NCBI GenBank assembly: GCA_038874595.1
Contig: JAVZCB010000003.1
Location: 32,001-96,000 of the forward strand
DNA length: 64,000 nucleotides
Origin: Candidatus Micrarchaeia archaeon
GTDB taxonomy: Archaea > Micrarchaeota > Micrarchaeia > CAILAH01
Direction of reading: 5' to 3'
Below the pieces are notes generated by a model that saw only the letters and a list, made by a program, of their open reading frames with translations, was not told the origin of the DNA and made no database searches. Made by a program: the position numbers and the translations under genes. This document shows positions 50,762 through 61,420 of the stretch, piece by piece (the stretch's first letter is position 1; each line of letters begins with the position of its first letter).

Positions 50762-50808
50762 TTGCACCTTGCAAAGCAAGTGCAAATTGCAAAGCTCGCT
50801 TTGCATGT
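50762..50808 (-). other. 47-nt hairpin 16S intron (E. coli ~381/382)
   Basis: GCAC/GTGC helix, GA|A and AA|A bulges; removal restores TGCACGAAAGTGTG. Confidence 0.82.
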
Positions 50809-51462
50809 TCGTGCATTGTGGAGTTTTCGCGCCTGCTGCATCCCGTAGGACTAGGGCCCTTGTCTCAGTGCCCTTCTGGGGGCTCCCACTTACATGGCCC
50901 CTAAGGATTATAGGTTTGGTGGGCCGTTACCCCGCCAACAGCCTAATCCTCCGCAACCTCATCCTAAAGCGGACACACTCCAATTCGTGTGCCTTTTGAG
51001 CGAGAGGGCATTCCAGCGTCTCTCACCTATAGGGTATTATCCTCAGTTTCCCGAGGTTACCCCCTTCTTTAGGGCAGATTGATTACGTGTTACTCAGCCG
51101 TTTGCCACTCGTCCAGGTGAACGGGTAGACTTGCATGGCTTAGTCGAACTCCGATAGCAGTACCCTCCAGCAGGATCAACTGGAGTTGCTAAGGTCTTGG
51201 CATTCGCACCAGTGTTGGTGCATCTAGGTCATACCACTTTGCGTGTAGTATCTTACCGTACATATGTGCCTTTCAGCACAGTGCACGTTTGCCTATTGCT
51301 CTTTAAGCCTCTCTTGAAGCCTCTATCTAACCCGACACATCTTCGGATTATCATCAAGTCGCCGCATGTGCGGCCTATGCGCCACAATGGAAGCAGGCCT
51401 CATAGAAAGAGTATCACATCTCGGCCTAGCCGGGTTATGGCATCTCAACTTTAAGAAGTCTA

Positions 51463-51478
51463 GGTTTATAAGCTTTTC
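51463..51478 (-). promoter_or_regulatory. Putative rRNA operon promoter (BRE + TATA)
   Basis: GAAAAGCTTATAAACC on the minus strand, ~280 nt upstream of 16S. Confidence 0.55.
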
Positions 51479-51578
51479 TACCCGCGTTCTGAAACTTTAA
51501 AAACAAAATTGTAGCTTGCGAAAAAATGGCCTGCACGCAAGCAAAATATTTATAAGTGTGAAATAATTGAATGCACCC

Positions 51579-52727
51579 ATGCGCGTAACATTGATAGATC
51601 AAAACGGCAATGTATTTCCAACATACCTTCGTAAGAATCTGAAGGTTGAGGTGGTAAAGAACCGTGATGGGTTTGTGCGTCTTAAGATGAAGCACGATTC
51701 GCTTAAATCTTCTGGCGGTTCACTGAACCTGCTTGAAAAGCGCTATCTTGCACATATAGGCCCTAATACAAAGCAAATCAAAATTACTGCTGATGTGCTA
51801 AGAGCAGTCAGGCTGGTTAAGCACATTCGTGAAAGTTATGATATCGAGAAGGAAAAGCTCGCAAAATTGTTTGAGTACATATCAAATGCAATCATGCTCT
51901 TAGAAAGGCACAATAAAAAATCAAAGCAGTGCGAAGAGGATTTATCTCTTGCAGAATCTTTTGTTGTAGGGACAATCTGCGGAATGAATCAGGCGCGCTC
52001 CTTTTATAAGGTGCTCTCGAAGGCAAAGCTTGAGAAAGCTGTTTATTATATAAAGAGTGCGCAGATTGCAGAAAATGATTTTGAAATGAATATGCACCTC
52101 AAACCCGCATCTTCTATATTATATGCTGCAAAGAGGCGCTTGGAGATGCGCCTGGATAGTATTGGCAATATAAAGAACTATAATTTGCAGCGTGAGATGC
52201 TGCTGCGGGGCATGCGTGATATGTATATACACCGCAAGATGTTATCCCTTGCACAATGGCTAACTAATAACCCTGGAACAGTGGTTGATGCGTACCTCTC
52301 TGATATAAACATATACAATAGGCTGCTCAAGCTGCAGGAGAGATGCATGGATAATTATATACGAGAGGGGGATAGGTTTGCAAAGTTCCAAAGTGATTTG
52401 GAAGCGCTTGGCAGCTCTCTAAAGCAAATAAAGGGCAAGGAGAAATTGGTTGACCTTTTGAGAGAGGCGTACGTATGGGGTGTTAAGCGCTTTATGTTTG
52501 ATATGGCATACCAAATGTTTGACACAGCGGTTGTTTATGTTGGTGTGAACAAGCCATTCTATATCTGGTCGCAGCTCGAAAAGACAAATGATCCATATAC
52601 CTCTCCAGTCATATCAAAGCTGCAGGAAGTTGACGAGCATATGCTTAGCAGGAACCCAAAGGCAGCCCTGGAAAAAGTGTATGACACGATTGGTTTTTAT
52701 GAGAAGCTGTTCAAAGGTGCGGTGTAG
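51579..52727 (+). CDS. Hypothetical helical protein
   Basis: ~380-aa ORF downstream of a TATA-like tttataag; no recognisable motif. Confidence 0.7.
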   Translation: MRVTLIDQNGNVFPTYLRKNLKVEVVKNRDGFVRLKMKHDSLKSSGGSLNLLEKRYLAHIGPNTKQIKITADVLRAVRLVKHIRESYDIEKEKLAKLFEYISNAIMLLERHNKKSKQCEEDLSLAESFVVGTICGMNQARSFYKVLSKAKLEKAVYYIKSAQIAENDFEMNMHLKPASSILYAAKRRLEMRLDSIGNIKNYNLQREMLLRGMRDMYIHRKMLSLAQWLTNNPGTVVDAYLSDINIYNRLLKLQERCMDNYIREGDRFAKFQSDLEALGSSLKQIKGKEKLVDLLREAYVWGVKRFMFDMAYQMFDTAVVYVGVNKPFYIWSQLEKTNDPYTSPVISKLQEVDEHMLSRNPKAALEKVYDTIGFYEKLFKGAV

Positions 52728-52798
52728 GAGAATAGAAAAATATATAAACCCAAAATAAAGCAAAAGTAATTACAGATTTAATCATAGGTGTGTAAACG

Positions 52799-54010
52799 AT
52801 GAGCACAATTAAGAAAAGACCTGGATATTCGCTTATGCGCGAAACCCAAAATGAAGAAAAAGGGCGCGAGCTTGCAAAGATGATGAAAACTAATCCAAAG
52901 GCGATGCGCTATTTTATGAAGAGGAACCCTTTTGTAAGGGTTGGCGAGATAGGCGAGATGGTCATCTCGACAGAATCGCACTCAAGAAAGGAATGGCTGC
53001 GCTCTGCGTTTTACAATCTTGCAGAGCCCTACCTGAAAGATGACAAGATGCGCGATGTTAACATTGAGGGTGCAGTTAAGGGTACGCTTGAGGCGGCAAA
53101 GAAAGAAATTATGTCAAAGCCTGTAAAGACTGAAGATGATTTGAATTGTTTAAAGGTTATTGATGAGATGCTCAAAAAGGATAATGAAATTGACTCATCA
53201 AAAATTCTAAAGGACAAGGAAAAATGGTGGAGGCGCATATTGCGTTTCTTAACAGCAGCAGCTCTAGGTGCTGCGCTTATGCTTCCGTTTATGTCGCGTG
53301 AAGGTGATATCGAGCCAAAGGTTGTTGAGAAGAGGATTGAGGACCCAGAAACAAAGAAATCCCTTGAGGAGTGCCTTGCAGCACTTAACAATAATAAGTG
53401 CCCGCCATCCAAGGTTGTTTACAAGAAAGTTTCTGGAAACATTGATTTGGATAATGTATGCAGTGGCAGGACCGGCCCGCTTGCACAATCACTTCTGACT
53501 TGCGAGAATGAGCTTTCGAAACTTAAGGATGAGCTTGCAAGGATATCCGCACTTAAGGGTGACAATGAGAAATATGCCCAACTTAAAGTAGAGCTTATGG
53601 CGAAAGTTGACAGGATATTCAATGGTATTGGTTTGGAAACTGAGAATGAGTTATACCGGAAGCAGATACGGCCATGGTTCAAGAGCGGTATTGACAAAGA
53701 TGACCCTGTAATGATAGCACTTGTGATTGAGATGGGCGGTGAGCTGCTTGTCCAGAAAATTACTGATAAAAAGGTTGTGGAAATCTCCGAACCAAAGAGC
53801 CAGAAAGAATTTTCTGATGTTTTTGAGGAAGGAAACCTTGCCTATCTTTATGGCATAGCGTTTGATAAAAATAGTGGTAACCGCAGAGACGGGATGAAAA
53901 AGGCTGCATGGGAGTATTACAAGGTGAAATATAAATTGTTCCAGAATGTCCTTAATAAGTTTAAGAATTCTGATGAAGAAAATTCTGATGAAGATGTGCT
54001 AGATAGATAA
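52799..54010 (+). CDS. Hypothetical single-pass membrane protein with coiled coil
   Basis: Internal WWRRILRFLTAAALGAALMLP helix; Cys-containing segment; NSDEE/NSDED tail duplication. Confidence 0.7.
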   Translation: MSTIKKRPGYSLMRETQNEEKGRELAKMMKTNPKAMRYFMKRNPFVRVGEIGEMVISTESHSRKEWLRSAFYNLAEPYLKDDKMRDVNIEGAVKGTLEAAKKEIMSKPVKTEDDLNCLKVIDEMLKKDNEIDSSKILKDKEKWWRRILRFLTAAALGAALMLPFMSREGDIEPKVVEKRIEDPETKKSLEECLAALNNNKCPPSKVVYKKVSGNIDLDNVCSGRTGPLAQSLLTCENELSKLKDELARISALKGDNEKYAQLKVELMAKVDRIFNGIGLETENELYRKQIRPWFKSGIDKDDPVMIALVIEMGGELLVQKITDKKVVEISEPKSQKEFSDVFEEGNLAYLYGIAFDKNSGNRRDGMKKAAWEYYKVKYKLFQNVLNKFKNSDEENSDEDVLDR

Positions 54011-54073
54011 ACGTGTTTTTTAATTATTTACTTCCTTTCTTATATTTGTATTGCCTTTGCACAGGTCGGGATA

Positions 54074-55219
54074 ATGCGCATTGCCTATTACACCGAAACA
54101 TACGTACCAAATGTTGACGGTGTTGTGAAAAGCATACTTGCATCACGTGAGCAGCTCACAAAGATGGGTGATGATGTATACGTATTTACATGTGGTACCC
54201 AACAGCTTATCCAGTCTAACACAGACCCGTTTGTGTTTTATTATGATTCAATACCATTCAAGCCTTACCCATCCTATCGTTTTGCCATAAATCCCTATCC
54301 ATCATCATCAATAATCGATTCAAAGAAGATTGAGCTTGTGCATTCTCATGGTATGGGAACAATGGGGATTGCTGCTGAGCGTATTGCGCGCAAGCGCAAG
54401 CTCCCATTTATTGGTTCTTTTCATACACTCATTCAATATGCTACGCATTACATCTCAACATCTTCAGCAATACAGGACATTGCAAAGAAGATTGCCTGGA
54501 AGTATCTCCGTTGGTACTATAACAAATGTGATGTGACAATTGCACCATCTCAAGTAATTACTGATTTATTAACAAAGAATGGGTTTACGAATGTCCGGAC
54601 AATCCCTAACGGCATTGATATTGACAGGTTTAGCGTTCGGGAGGCTGAATTTGGGCGTGAGGATTTTGGATTGAAGGAGGATGATAAGGTATTTCTTTTT
54701 GTTGGCCGGCTCGTGGTTGAGAAGAACCTGGACGTGCTGATTAAGGCCTCAAAGAAAATCTCACGTGAGATACCAGATGCGCGGTTTGTAATTGCAGGTA
54801 CGGGCCCGGCAGAGCTGTATTACAGGAAGCTTGTAGATGAGCATAAGGTGTCTGACAAATTCAGTTTTCTTGGGTTTGTGCCTGAGAATAAAATCCCCTC
54901 TCTCTACAAAAATTCTGATGTTTTTTTGTTCCCATCCAAGTTTGAAACGCAAGGCCTGAGTGGCCTTGAGGCAATGGCAAGCGGTCTTCCAGTATGCGGT
55001 GCTGACTACCTTGCAATAAGCGAGATAGTCGTCCCGGGTGTAAATGGGACATTATTTAATCCTGATGATCCAGATGATTGTGCTGAAAATGCAATTGAAG
55101 CGCTGCGCAAAAGGAAACAGCTTTCAAATGGTGCACGTGCAACAGCTGCCAAGTACTCAAACCAGGAGACAGCAATGCAGCTGAGAAAACTTTACGAAGA
55201 GCTTCTCAGCCGCAGCTAA
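54074..55219 (+). CDS. Glycosyltransferase family 4
   Basis: PNVDGV, FHT, PNGID, VGRL..EKN, ETQGL..LEAMASG. Confidence 0.92.
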   Translation: MRIAYYTETYVPNVDGVVKSILASREQLTKMGDDVYVFTCGTQQLIQSNTDPFVFYYDSIPFKPYPSYRFAINPYPSSSIIDSKKIELVHSHGMGTMGIAAERIARKRKLPFIGSFHTLIQYATHYISTSSAIQDIAKKIAWKYLRWYYNKCDVTIAPSQVITDLLTKNGFTNVRTIPNGIDIDRFSVREAEFGREDFGLKEDDKVFLFVGRLVVEKNLDVLIKASKKISREIPDARFVIAGTGPAELYYRKLVDEHKVSDKFSFLGFVPENKIPSLYKNSDVFLFPSKFETQGLSGLEAMASGLPVCGADYLAISEIVVPGVNGTLFNPDDPDDCAENAIEALRKRKQLSNGARATAAKYSNQETAMQLRKLYEELLSRS

Positions 55220-55222
55220 AAC

Positions 55223-57835
55223 TTATTTTAAGAATTCAGCAACCTCTTTTATAGCCATTGTGATTAATTTACCATTAAGCATTGCAATTTTAATGGATGC
55301 TCCGTTCGCCCCATAATCGCTTATGCTCTCAATAAACTTGTCCTTGTTTTCTTCTGTTGCAAACACAACAATAACTTTTTCCTTACCGCCGATTGCCTGC
55401 ATTATACGGTCGACGAGGCGTGCGCCTTCACCAACGACAACCTTGAAGTTTCCACGCTTGCTTTTTATGTAGACATCACAATCTTTCCTTTCATTAAGGT
55501 GCGTGAAAGGTATTGCATTGTTAATAAGAATATCCCTTATTCTTCTGAATACTGAGAGGTACTTGTAGTCAAACCCGCTTGCCTGCTCCCATCTTGAAAC
55601 AGTATATAAATCAAGATATTCCTTAACAAGCCCTTCAAACTTAAGCTTGTCAAGTATTATCTGCATATTATAATCTCCTATAAGTATTGGTCTGCCCAGG
55701 TATGAAATTTTCCTAAACCCTAACTTAAGCTCCTTGAGCATTAATGGCATATAATTCCAGCCATAATCCTTGTTTATGCTGTCAAACAGCTCAAGAACCA
55801 TCTCTTTCTTTATGAATATCTTCTTTTTCTTTCTTATCTCAAATTCAGGTATATCAATTGCATACCTTACCTTCTCGCGTGCACGGAACATTATGCCTAT
55901 AAATGCAATACCCCCCGTGAGCATTATTGCAGCCCAGAACCACCATTGCTCATAATACATCCTGACAATATTTGATACTCCATCGTATTGCAAACCATCA
56001 ACCAGCTCAAACTTGAACGTATGCAGCTTACCCTCTTCAAGAGGCTCATCAACCTTAAAGTATATAACTGGCGTATTGCCGCTTAAACCGGAAGATAACT
56101 TTATCTTGTATTTGCCATCTATGACCACGTATGTGTTCTCAAGGTTTTTTGTGTATTGTGCAACAGCACTGCCGAGCTCTGGCGACTCAAGCGTGAATAC
56201 AAACTGTTGTTTTTTCCAATCTATGCTTACCGGTACAACATCTATTTTTGGGACTATAAGCATCGATGACGCAAGCGTTCTTGGTGGTGACGTTGGTGTT
56301 TGTAGGAGTAGTATATACTTTCCAGGTCTAAGCTGCGGATCATACTGTGCTCTCTGCGTGTATTTTATTGGGAGAATATACTGTGTCCCAAACAACGCCT
56401 CACTTTCAATCTCATTGCTCGAATTGATTACGCGTATCCACACAGGTGTAGGCTGCCTGAAATCATTCGAGCTTTCATCAAAGAATGCTTCTATATCAAG
56501 TTTTGAGCCGCTTAATTTCTGTGGTATGGTGTACAGGTTGTTTGCAGCAGTGCCCTTCTGCACGCGGTCAACGCGCAGGTATTTTGTTTGTGCATCCACA
56601 ATGTTATTGTTTTGGTCATATGCGCGTGCAAATATGCGCACGTATGCCCGGCTGAATACTGCCTCTTTTCCAAGCGTGTAAAGCGTATCATATGCAGCCT
56701 GGCCCTCGCTTGGTATAACATAATCTGCCGGGCTGGTGCCTATGAATTTGCCATATTCTTTGAGCCAGAGGCTATCCATTATGATCTTAGATATATCCTT
56801 GCCGGCCTCTTTTCCACTTTTCCAACCACTATCGAGCGTGTTTGGAACAATAATAAGATAGCCCGGCCCGCCCCAGTTAATTACAGATATGCCCCCATAT
56901 ATCAGCTTTACCTGGGTTTTTTGTGGGTCCTTGGAAGTTACAGAATAACGTGCAATATCAAGATATCCCAATCCGGAAAGCGATGGTGCAGTGCTTGATA
57001 TATCAAACCCAAGGTTTGATGCAACCTGGGATACAGAGTAATCATTGCCTGGGAAAAGCCTCCCTCTACGCTCATCCATTATGCCCTGGTTGAACCCGTA
57101 CCCTATATATAGTATAGTTACACCCTTTTGTGCAAGCTCTCTTAGGCTCTTCCCTTCATTACTTGTCAGTGCGAGCGAAGATGGGATATAACCCGTTGGT
57201 ACTATAACGAGTGGGTTAGTGCCATTTGGAAGCGATTCCAGCTCATCAAGGTAGATTTCATTAACTACAATGCCATACCCGCCAAGCTCAGTACCAAGTG
57301 ATTTCTTAAATTCATCATAGTATGTCGCTTGCTCTCGCCGGGAGTTTAATATATACACCTGGCTTGGCAGCGGGCCGTCCGCAGCATCCATGAATAACTC
57401 AACCTCTTTGACCCCACTCCCTTTGACTTCCACAATAGCATATGGTGTCATCTTGCTATGCTCCTTAATGTTTGCGATACCGTAATCCTTAACCTCAAGC
57501 GTTATGTACGGGCTGACAGATTTCTCAGGCAACCGTGCTTCAATCCCAGCACCCTGAATAGTGAACAAGATATATCCTATAAGCAGGCCCAGCATTATTA
57601 TGAATATGCCGATGTACATAAACACCTGCCGCAAAGCACCCCTTACAGCAGGCTTGTTCTTTTGAAGTGTCTGCACGCTTTTTGCATCTTGCTTTTGTGC
57701 TTTTGTTTTCAATGTCGCTAACACAATATTTATTGCATCGCCAATACCGAGCGATTTCTTTTTTGCAGGTGTAAACTTCTTGACATATTTTACTTCCTTT
57801 CGCAACAGGAACCTGTATTTTCGGCCTTCAGCCAT
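55223..57835 (-). CDS. Large two-TM protein with ~530-aa extracellular domain (last gene of the VirB4-like operon)
   Basis: TM helices near residues ~70-92 and ~630-652; co-directional and tightly spaced with upstream genes. Confidence 0.7.
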   Translation of the reverse strand: MAEGRKYRFLLRKEVKYVKKFTPAKKKSLGIGDAINIVLATLKTKAQKQDAKSVQTLQKNKPAVRGALRQVFMYIGIFIIMLGLLIGYILFTIQGAGIEARLPEKSVSPYITLEVKDYGIANIKEHSKMTPYAIVEVKGSGVKEVELFMDAADGPLPSQVYILNSRREQATYYDEFKKSLGTELGGYGIVVNEIYLDELESLPNGTNPLVIVPTGYIPSSLALTSNEGKSLRELAQKGVTILYIGYGFNQGIMDERRGRLFPGNDYSVSQVASNLGFDISSTAPSLSGLGYLDIARYSVTSKDPQKTQVKLIYGGISVINWGGPGYLIIVPNTLDSGWKSGKEAGKDISKIIMDSLWLKEYGKFIGTSPADYVIPSEGQAAYDTLYTLGKEAVFSRAYVRIFARAYDQNNNIVDAQTKYLRVDRVQKGTAANNLYTIPQKLSGSKLDIEAFFDESSNDFRQPTPVWIRVINSSNEIESEALFGTQYILPIKYTQRAQYDPQLRPGKYILLLQTPTSPPRTLASSMLIVPKIDVVPVSIDWKKQQFVFTLESPELGSAVAQYTKNLENTYVVIDGKYKIKLSSGLSGNTPVIYFKVDEPLEEGKLHTFKFELVDGLQYDGVSNIVRMYYEQWWFWAAIMLTGGIAFIGIMFRAREKVRYAIDIPEFEIRKKKKIFIKKEMVLELFDSINKDYGWNYMPLMLKELKLGFRKISYLGRPILIGDYNMQIILDKLKFEGLVKEYLDLYTVSRWEQASGFDYKYLSVFRRIRDILINNAIPFTHLNERKDCDVYIKSKRGNFKVVVGEGARLVDRIMQAIGGKEKVIVVFATEENKDKFIESISDYGANGASIKIAMLNGKLITMAIKEVAEFLK

Positions 57836-57852
57836 ATCTTTCCCTCAGTCAT

Positions 57853-58593
57853 CTAGCGAACGGTTTCAAGGTAGCCCTCACGGACCATCTTATTGAGCAC
57901 CTGCTCAACCCTGCTTTCGCTCAGTTTGTAAATCTTGCAAAAATCGCCAATGTTTATTTCCCCACCGTGCTCACGAATCCAATCCTGTATTTTCAGCATG
58001 AGCGCATCATCAGAGAATTTCTCAAGCTCATCGATCTTAAGCTTGAGCTCATTGCGTTCATCCCTTAGCTCGAGCAGGTCCTTGCTTAGCTTTTCATTGC
58101 TCTCTTTCAGCCTGGCATTGAGAAGCTGCTCTTCCTCAATCTTAGCTAGCAGCGCATCGTATTTCGTGTATAGTTTCTCATAATCCGAAGTGGCAAACTC
58201 CTTTATTTCAGCTAGGAATATATCAAGAACCTGCATATAGCTTCCAAGGTCTACCTCATATGCATCTTTAAGCAGGACTAGCACATTTGAAGTATACCTT
58301 AACAACTCAAGCTGTCTCTTACGCATGCTTGTTTCTGGGGTTATAGTGTATACCACTTCTATATTATCAGGATTGAGGTACATTATGCTGAATAGGTACG
58401 GCACACCATCTATGTCCCTGCTGTCAATCTTGATTATTGCGACACTATCCTTTATCTCGGCAACTTCAGCATCAGGAATACTGTCAACCATCCTTAGCAA
58501 TTGGTCTTTTGGGACTTTACGTTTCGCACTAAACTTAAATGAGGCCCCCATCGGTTCAATCACGACATCTGGTTCTTTCTTGTCAGCTGACAT
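57853..58593 (-). CDS. Coiled-coil protein with C-terminal winged-helix-like domain
   Basis: Heptad stretch, then GEINIGDFC..SESRVEQVLNKMVREGYL. Confidence 0.7.
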   Translation of the reverse strand: MSADKKEPDVVIEPMGASFKFSAKRKVPKDQLLRMVDSIPDAEVAEIKDSVAIIKIDSRDIDGVPYLFSIMYLNPDNIEVVYTITPETSMRKRQLELLRYTSNVLVLLKDAYEVDLGSYMQVLDIFLAEIKEFATSDYEKLYTKYDALLAKIEEEQLLNARLKESNEKLSKDLLELRDERNELKLKIDELEKFSDDALMLKIQDWIREHGGEINIGDFCKIYKLSESRVEQVLNKMVREGYLETVR

Positions 58594-58595
58594 TA

Positions 58596-59048
58596 TTATA
58601 TCCCCTCTGTCTTTGGTACATATCTCATATGTGCTATTGCCAAGAGAAATATGAGAAACAATAGGCCTGCAACAAGCGACCCAATTGATAAATTCATAAC
58701 AAGGAGCAACATCGTCATGAATATACCAATCCCTCCGTATATTATGAGCGAGCGCTCAAAGCCACCGCGTTTTTTCAGGTGTTCTTCTATATGCTTTTCG
58801 CATACCACAAGGGGATTTCCCTGTTCTGTATGCGTTTTTCTCTTAACCCATCTTATAGCGGCAATTACATAATCTTCCTTTATTGGGTAGCCGCTTACAA
58901 ATTTTGGCTTTGTATCCTCTGCCTTGTCGCAGTATATGCACACCCCACGCGCCATGTGTGCCTTGTTATGCCTTTGCTGCTTTCTCTTACTCTCACTTTT
59001 TCCGCTTCCAAGAAATGATGCAAGAATCCCCTTCTGTTCTTTAGCCAC
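58596..59048 (-). CDS. Small membrane protein with Zn-binding motif
   Basis: CIYC...CEKH followed by two TM helices. Confidence 0.65.
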   Translation of the reverse strand: MAKEQKGILASFLGSGKSESKRKQQRHNKAHMARGVCIYCDKAEDTKPKFVSGYPIKEDYVIAAIRWVKRKTHTEQGNPLVVCEKHIEEHLKKRGGFERSLIIYGGIGIFMTMLLLVMNLSIGSLVAGLLFLIFLLAIAHMRYVPKTEGI

Positions 59049-60609
59049 CTAATTCCACCTCCGTGCTTTCCCCTCTTATGCCAAGCTTCTTATAGTCTGC
59101 CTCTGAGAATATGTTGATTATTACACTGTCTTCCACGCCAAGGTCTTTTAGGAATGCAGTTATATCATTCCGGTCCACATCGTACCTTTCCATCATTATT
59201 ACAAAATCAACAACATCCATATGCCTGTTGGATTTGTCAAATAGCGAAGTGATTTCCTCAACTTTATCATCCGCCAGCCCGAACATCCTGAGCTTTTTGC
59301 GCAGCTCATCGCGCTCAAATGAAAGTGTCTTACCCACAATATCACCTTCTCCAACCAATTTAGGCTTCACATCAAGGAAGTACTCAACAACCGGCTCCTC
59401 ACCTTCTATTTTTGATAGCAGAAATGTCTCAGGGTAAGGTGTACTGGTCTGCAATGCCATGTTTACAGCTGCCTGCCCCACACCAAGCCTTGCGATTTGC
59501 TTTCGCATATAATCGCTGAAGTTTAGCGAGTTTTGGAGATAATCAAGGAATTTCTCAAACTTTACGCGCAGTATAAATGTCGTTCCCACATTAGAGAATA
59601 TTGCCTCGCTTATATCAGTCGGGTTTTGTGATGCAACCAGTAGTGCAAACTGGTATTTTCTACCCTCTCTCACTATCATTACGGCATCGCTATTTTCTTC
59701 CTTTGCAATCTTCCAAGCCTCATCAAGCACAATAATAAGCTTGATACCCTTGCTTTTCTCCCAACCCACCAATCTCATTTTTTCTTTGATAAATTGCAGA
59801 ACACTCAGTGCGGCTAGTGCACGCATCGTCTCATCTGGAAGCCCTGACAGGTCTAGGTCAACCATCCCGGAAGATATAAGCGCATCTAAATCTATAGTGC
59901 TGGGCTGTGCAAAGAAGTCTTCACCTTCACGAGTGAATTTCTTCAGCCTGTATATTGCATTCTCTAGCTCAACTGGGAATTCGTAAGTCCCCGCTGCCAG
60001 CTTCTCTTCAAGCACTTCAACAACGTTTTTCAGCGTGGGTGGCTGCATAATGTTTCCAAGCGCATCCTTCTGGTTGCGCTCAGACATCTTGAATCCCTTA
60101 TTTATGTATGCCTTTTCGATGGCTTCCTCGGTTAATCTCTTCTGTTCCGGGTAATTGCCTATATCCGTTAATATCTCAAGGCTCCTTGAAATCTGCTTAA
60201 CCCTATCAAGAGGCCTCATGCCTGCAAGGTCAAGCAGGTTGAGGTAGGACCCCTTACCGAGTGCAAGCACTTTGCCTCCGGCCTGCTTCACCCACTCCCT
60301 ATACTCCCCTGCCCAGTCGATTATTAACGCGTTTGTGCCCCACACGAAAGAGGCCCGCGTGAGGAATGTTTTGATGAAATACGATTTACCGGCACCGGAT
60401 ATCCCAACCACGGCAATGTGCGGGTTGGTAACGTTCGTATAGCTCCAGTGGAACGGCTCGTTAAACGTTGCAGTCCTCCCTATATATATTGAGTTTCCGG
60501 GGTCGCCTGTTACCAGCTCTGCTGGTGGTTCAGGAGGCCTGGTTATGATGCCCCTGCTTGCAATATCCGAGCTGTAAAGCTTTTTGTTTTTTACCTTGAT
60601 TATTCCCAT
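59041..60609 (-). CDS. VirB4/TraC/CedB-like (HerA-FtsK superfamily) ATPase
   Basis: NPHIAVVGISGAGKS Walker A, IIDW.GEY, LNLLD, IIVLDEAW Walker B, REGRKY, ASQNPTD; start set at MGIIK. Confidence 0.85.
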   Translation of the reverse strand: MGIIKVKNKKLYSSDIASRGIITRPPEPPAELVTGDPGNSIYIGRTATFNEPFHWSYTNVTNPHIAVVGISGAGKSYFIKTFLTRASFVWGTNALIIDWAGEYREWVKQAGGKVLALGKGSYLNLLDLAGMRPLDRVKQISRSLEILTDIGNYPEQKRLTEEAIEKAYINKGFKMSERNQKDALGNIMQPPTLKNVVEVLEEKLAAGTYEFPVELENAIYRLKKFTREGEDFFAQPSTIDLDALISSGMVDLDLSGLPDETMRALAALSVLQFIKEKMRLVGWEKSKGIKLIIVLDEAWKIAKEENSDAVMIVREGRKYQFALLVASQNPTDISEAIFSNVGTTFILRVKFEKFLDYLQNSLNFSDYMRKQIARLGVGQAAVNMALQTSTPYPETFLLSKIEGEEPVVEYFLDVKPKLVGEGDIVGKTLSFERDELRKKLRMFGLADDKVEEITSLFDKSNRHMDVVDFVIMMERYDVDRNDITAFLKDLGVEDSVIINIFSEADYKKLGIRGESTEVELGG

Positions 60610-60613
60610 GGCA

Positions 60614-61414
60614 TCATCCCGTTTTTTCAACAAGCTCGTTATAGCTCGTTGGGATAGCGTATTCCCATTCCAGGCACATCTCGGCATCCTCGCCAACCAA
60701 GTCAACAACCTCCGCGTTGAGGCTGTTTGAAAGAACAGCTTTAATCTCTTTTGACTGGCTGAGCGCCTTATCGCGTGCCTCATCCATAGTAATACCTTTT
60801 GCAACTGTCATAACATACATCACAGCAGCCATCGGCTTGACACCACTTGCAAGCCTGCGTAGCAGATTCTCACCTATCTCTTTCTCTTTTTGCCATTTGT
60901 CTATTTTGATAACATCCGGTTCGGCTTTCTCCATTTCTCTTTTAATCCTTAGGCTTGCTTCATACACTTTTGCCTGTATGCTTTCCCTGTATGCAGCGAT
61001 ATCTTTAGATGAGAGAACAAGATTGAGTTTCATTGGCGAATTTATCGCTCCGAGTGCAGTTTCAAAGTCGCGCAGGTAGACCTCTGCACGCTCTTCGGAT
61101 TTGCCGGCAATTTCTTCACGCTCAGGTATGTTGACCAACATATACTTTGCAGCGATAAACTTGCTCCCAGCCCTTTTGATTATAACATCTTGCCCAGGTG
61201 GGAAGATATAGTCACCCTTTGTGTAAGTTATCTTCATAATCTTAGTGAATATAGGAGTAAGGATGTAATCTGCGTATAAGTATGCACCTGCAATTATGGC
61301 TAGCAGCAATGCAATTATAAATAGTAGTAACCCTCCTTGGAATGAAATAAACAGGCTTACAAGCACTACAAACGCCACACCAATAGTCATATACAATTTT
61401 GGTATTTTCGGCAT
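60614..61414 (-). CDS. Membrane-anchored protein, VirB3/VirB4-N-terminal-like (paralog B)
   Basis: Two N-terminal TMs; full-length similarity to 61421-62182, ending C.EWEY.IP. Confidence 0.6.
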   Translation of the reverse strand: MPKIPKLYMTIGVAFVVLVSLFISFQGGLLLFIIALLLAIIAGAYLYADYILTPIFTKIMKITYTKGDYIFPPGQDVIIKRAGSKFIAAKYMLVNIPEREEIAGKSEERAEVYLRDFETALGAINSPMKLNLVLSSKDIAAYRESIQAKVYEASLRIKREMEKAEPDVIKIDKWQKEKEIGENLLRRLASGVKPMAAVMYVMTVAKGITMDEARDKALSQSKEIKAVLSNSLNAEVVDLVGEDAEMCLEWEYAIPTSYNELVEKTG

Positions 61415-61420
61415 TAATTA

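Noticed and set aside
60610-60804. N-terminal extension of the VirB4-like ATPase
   Set aside because: It overlaps the upstream gene in another frame; ATG 60609 follows that gene's stop
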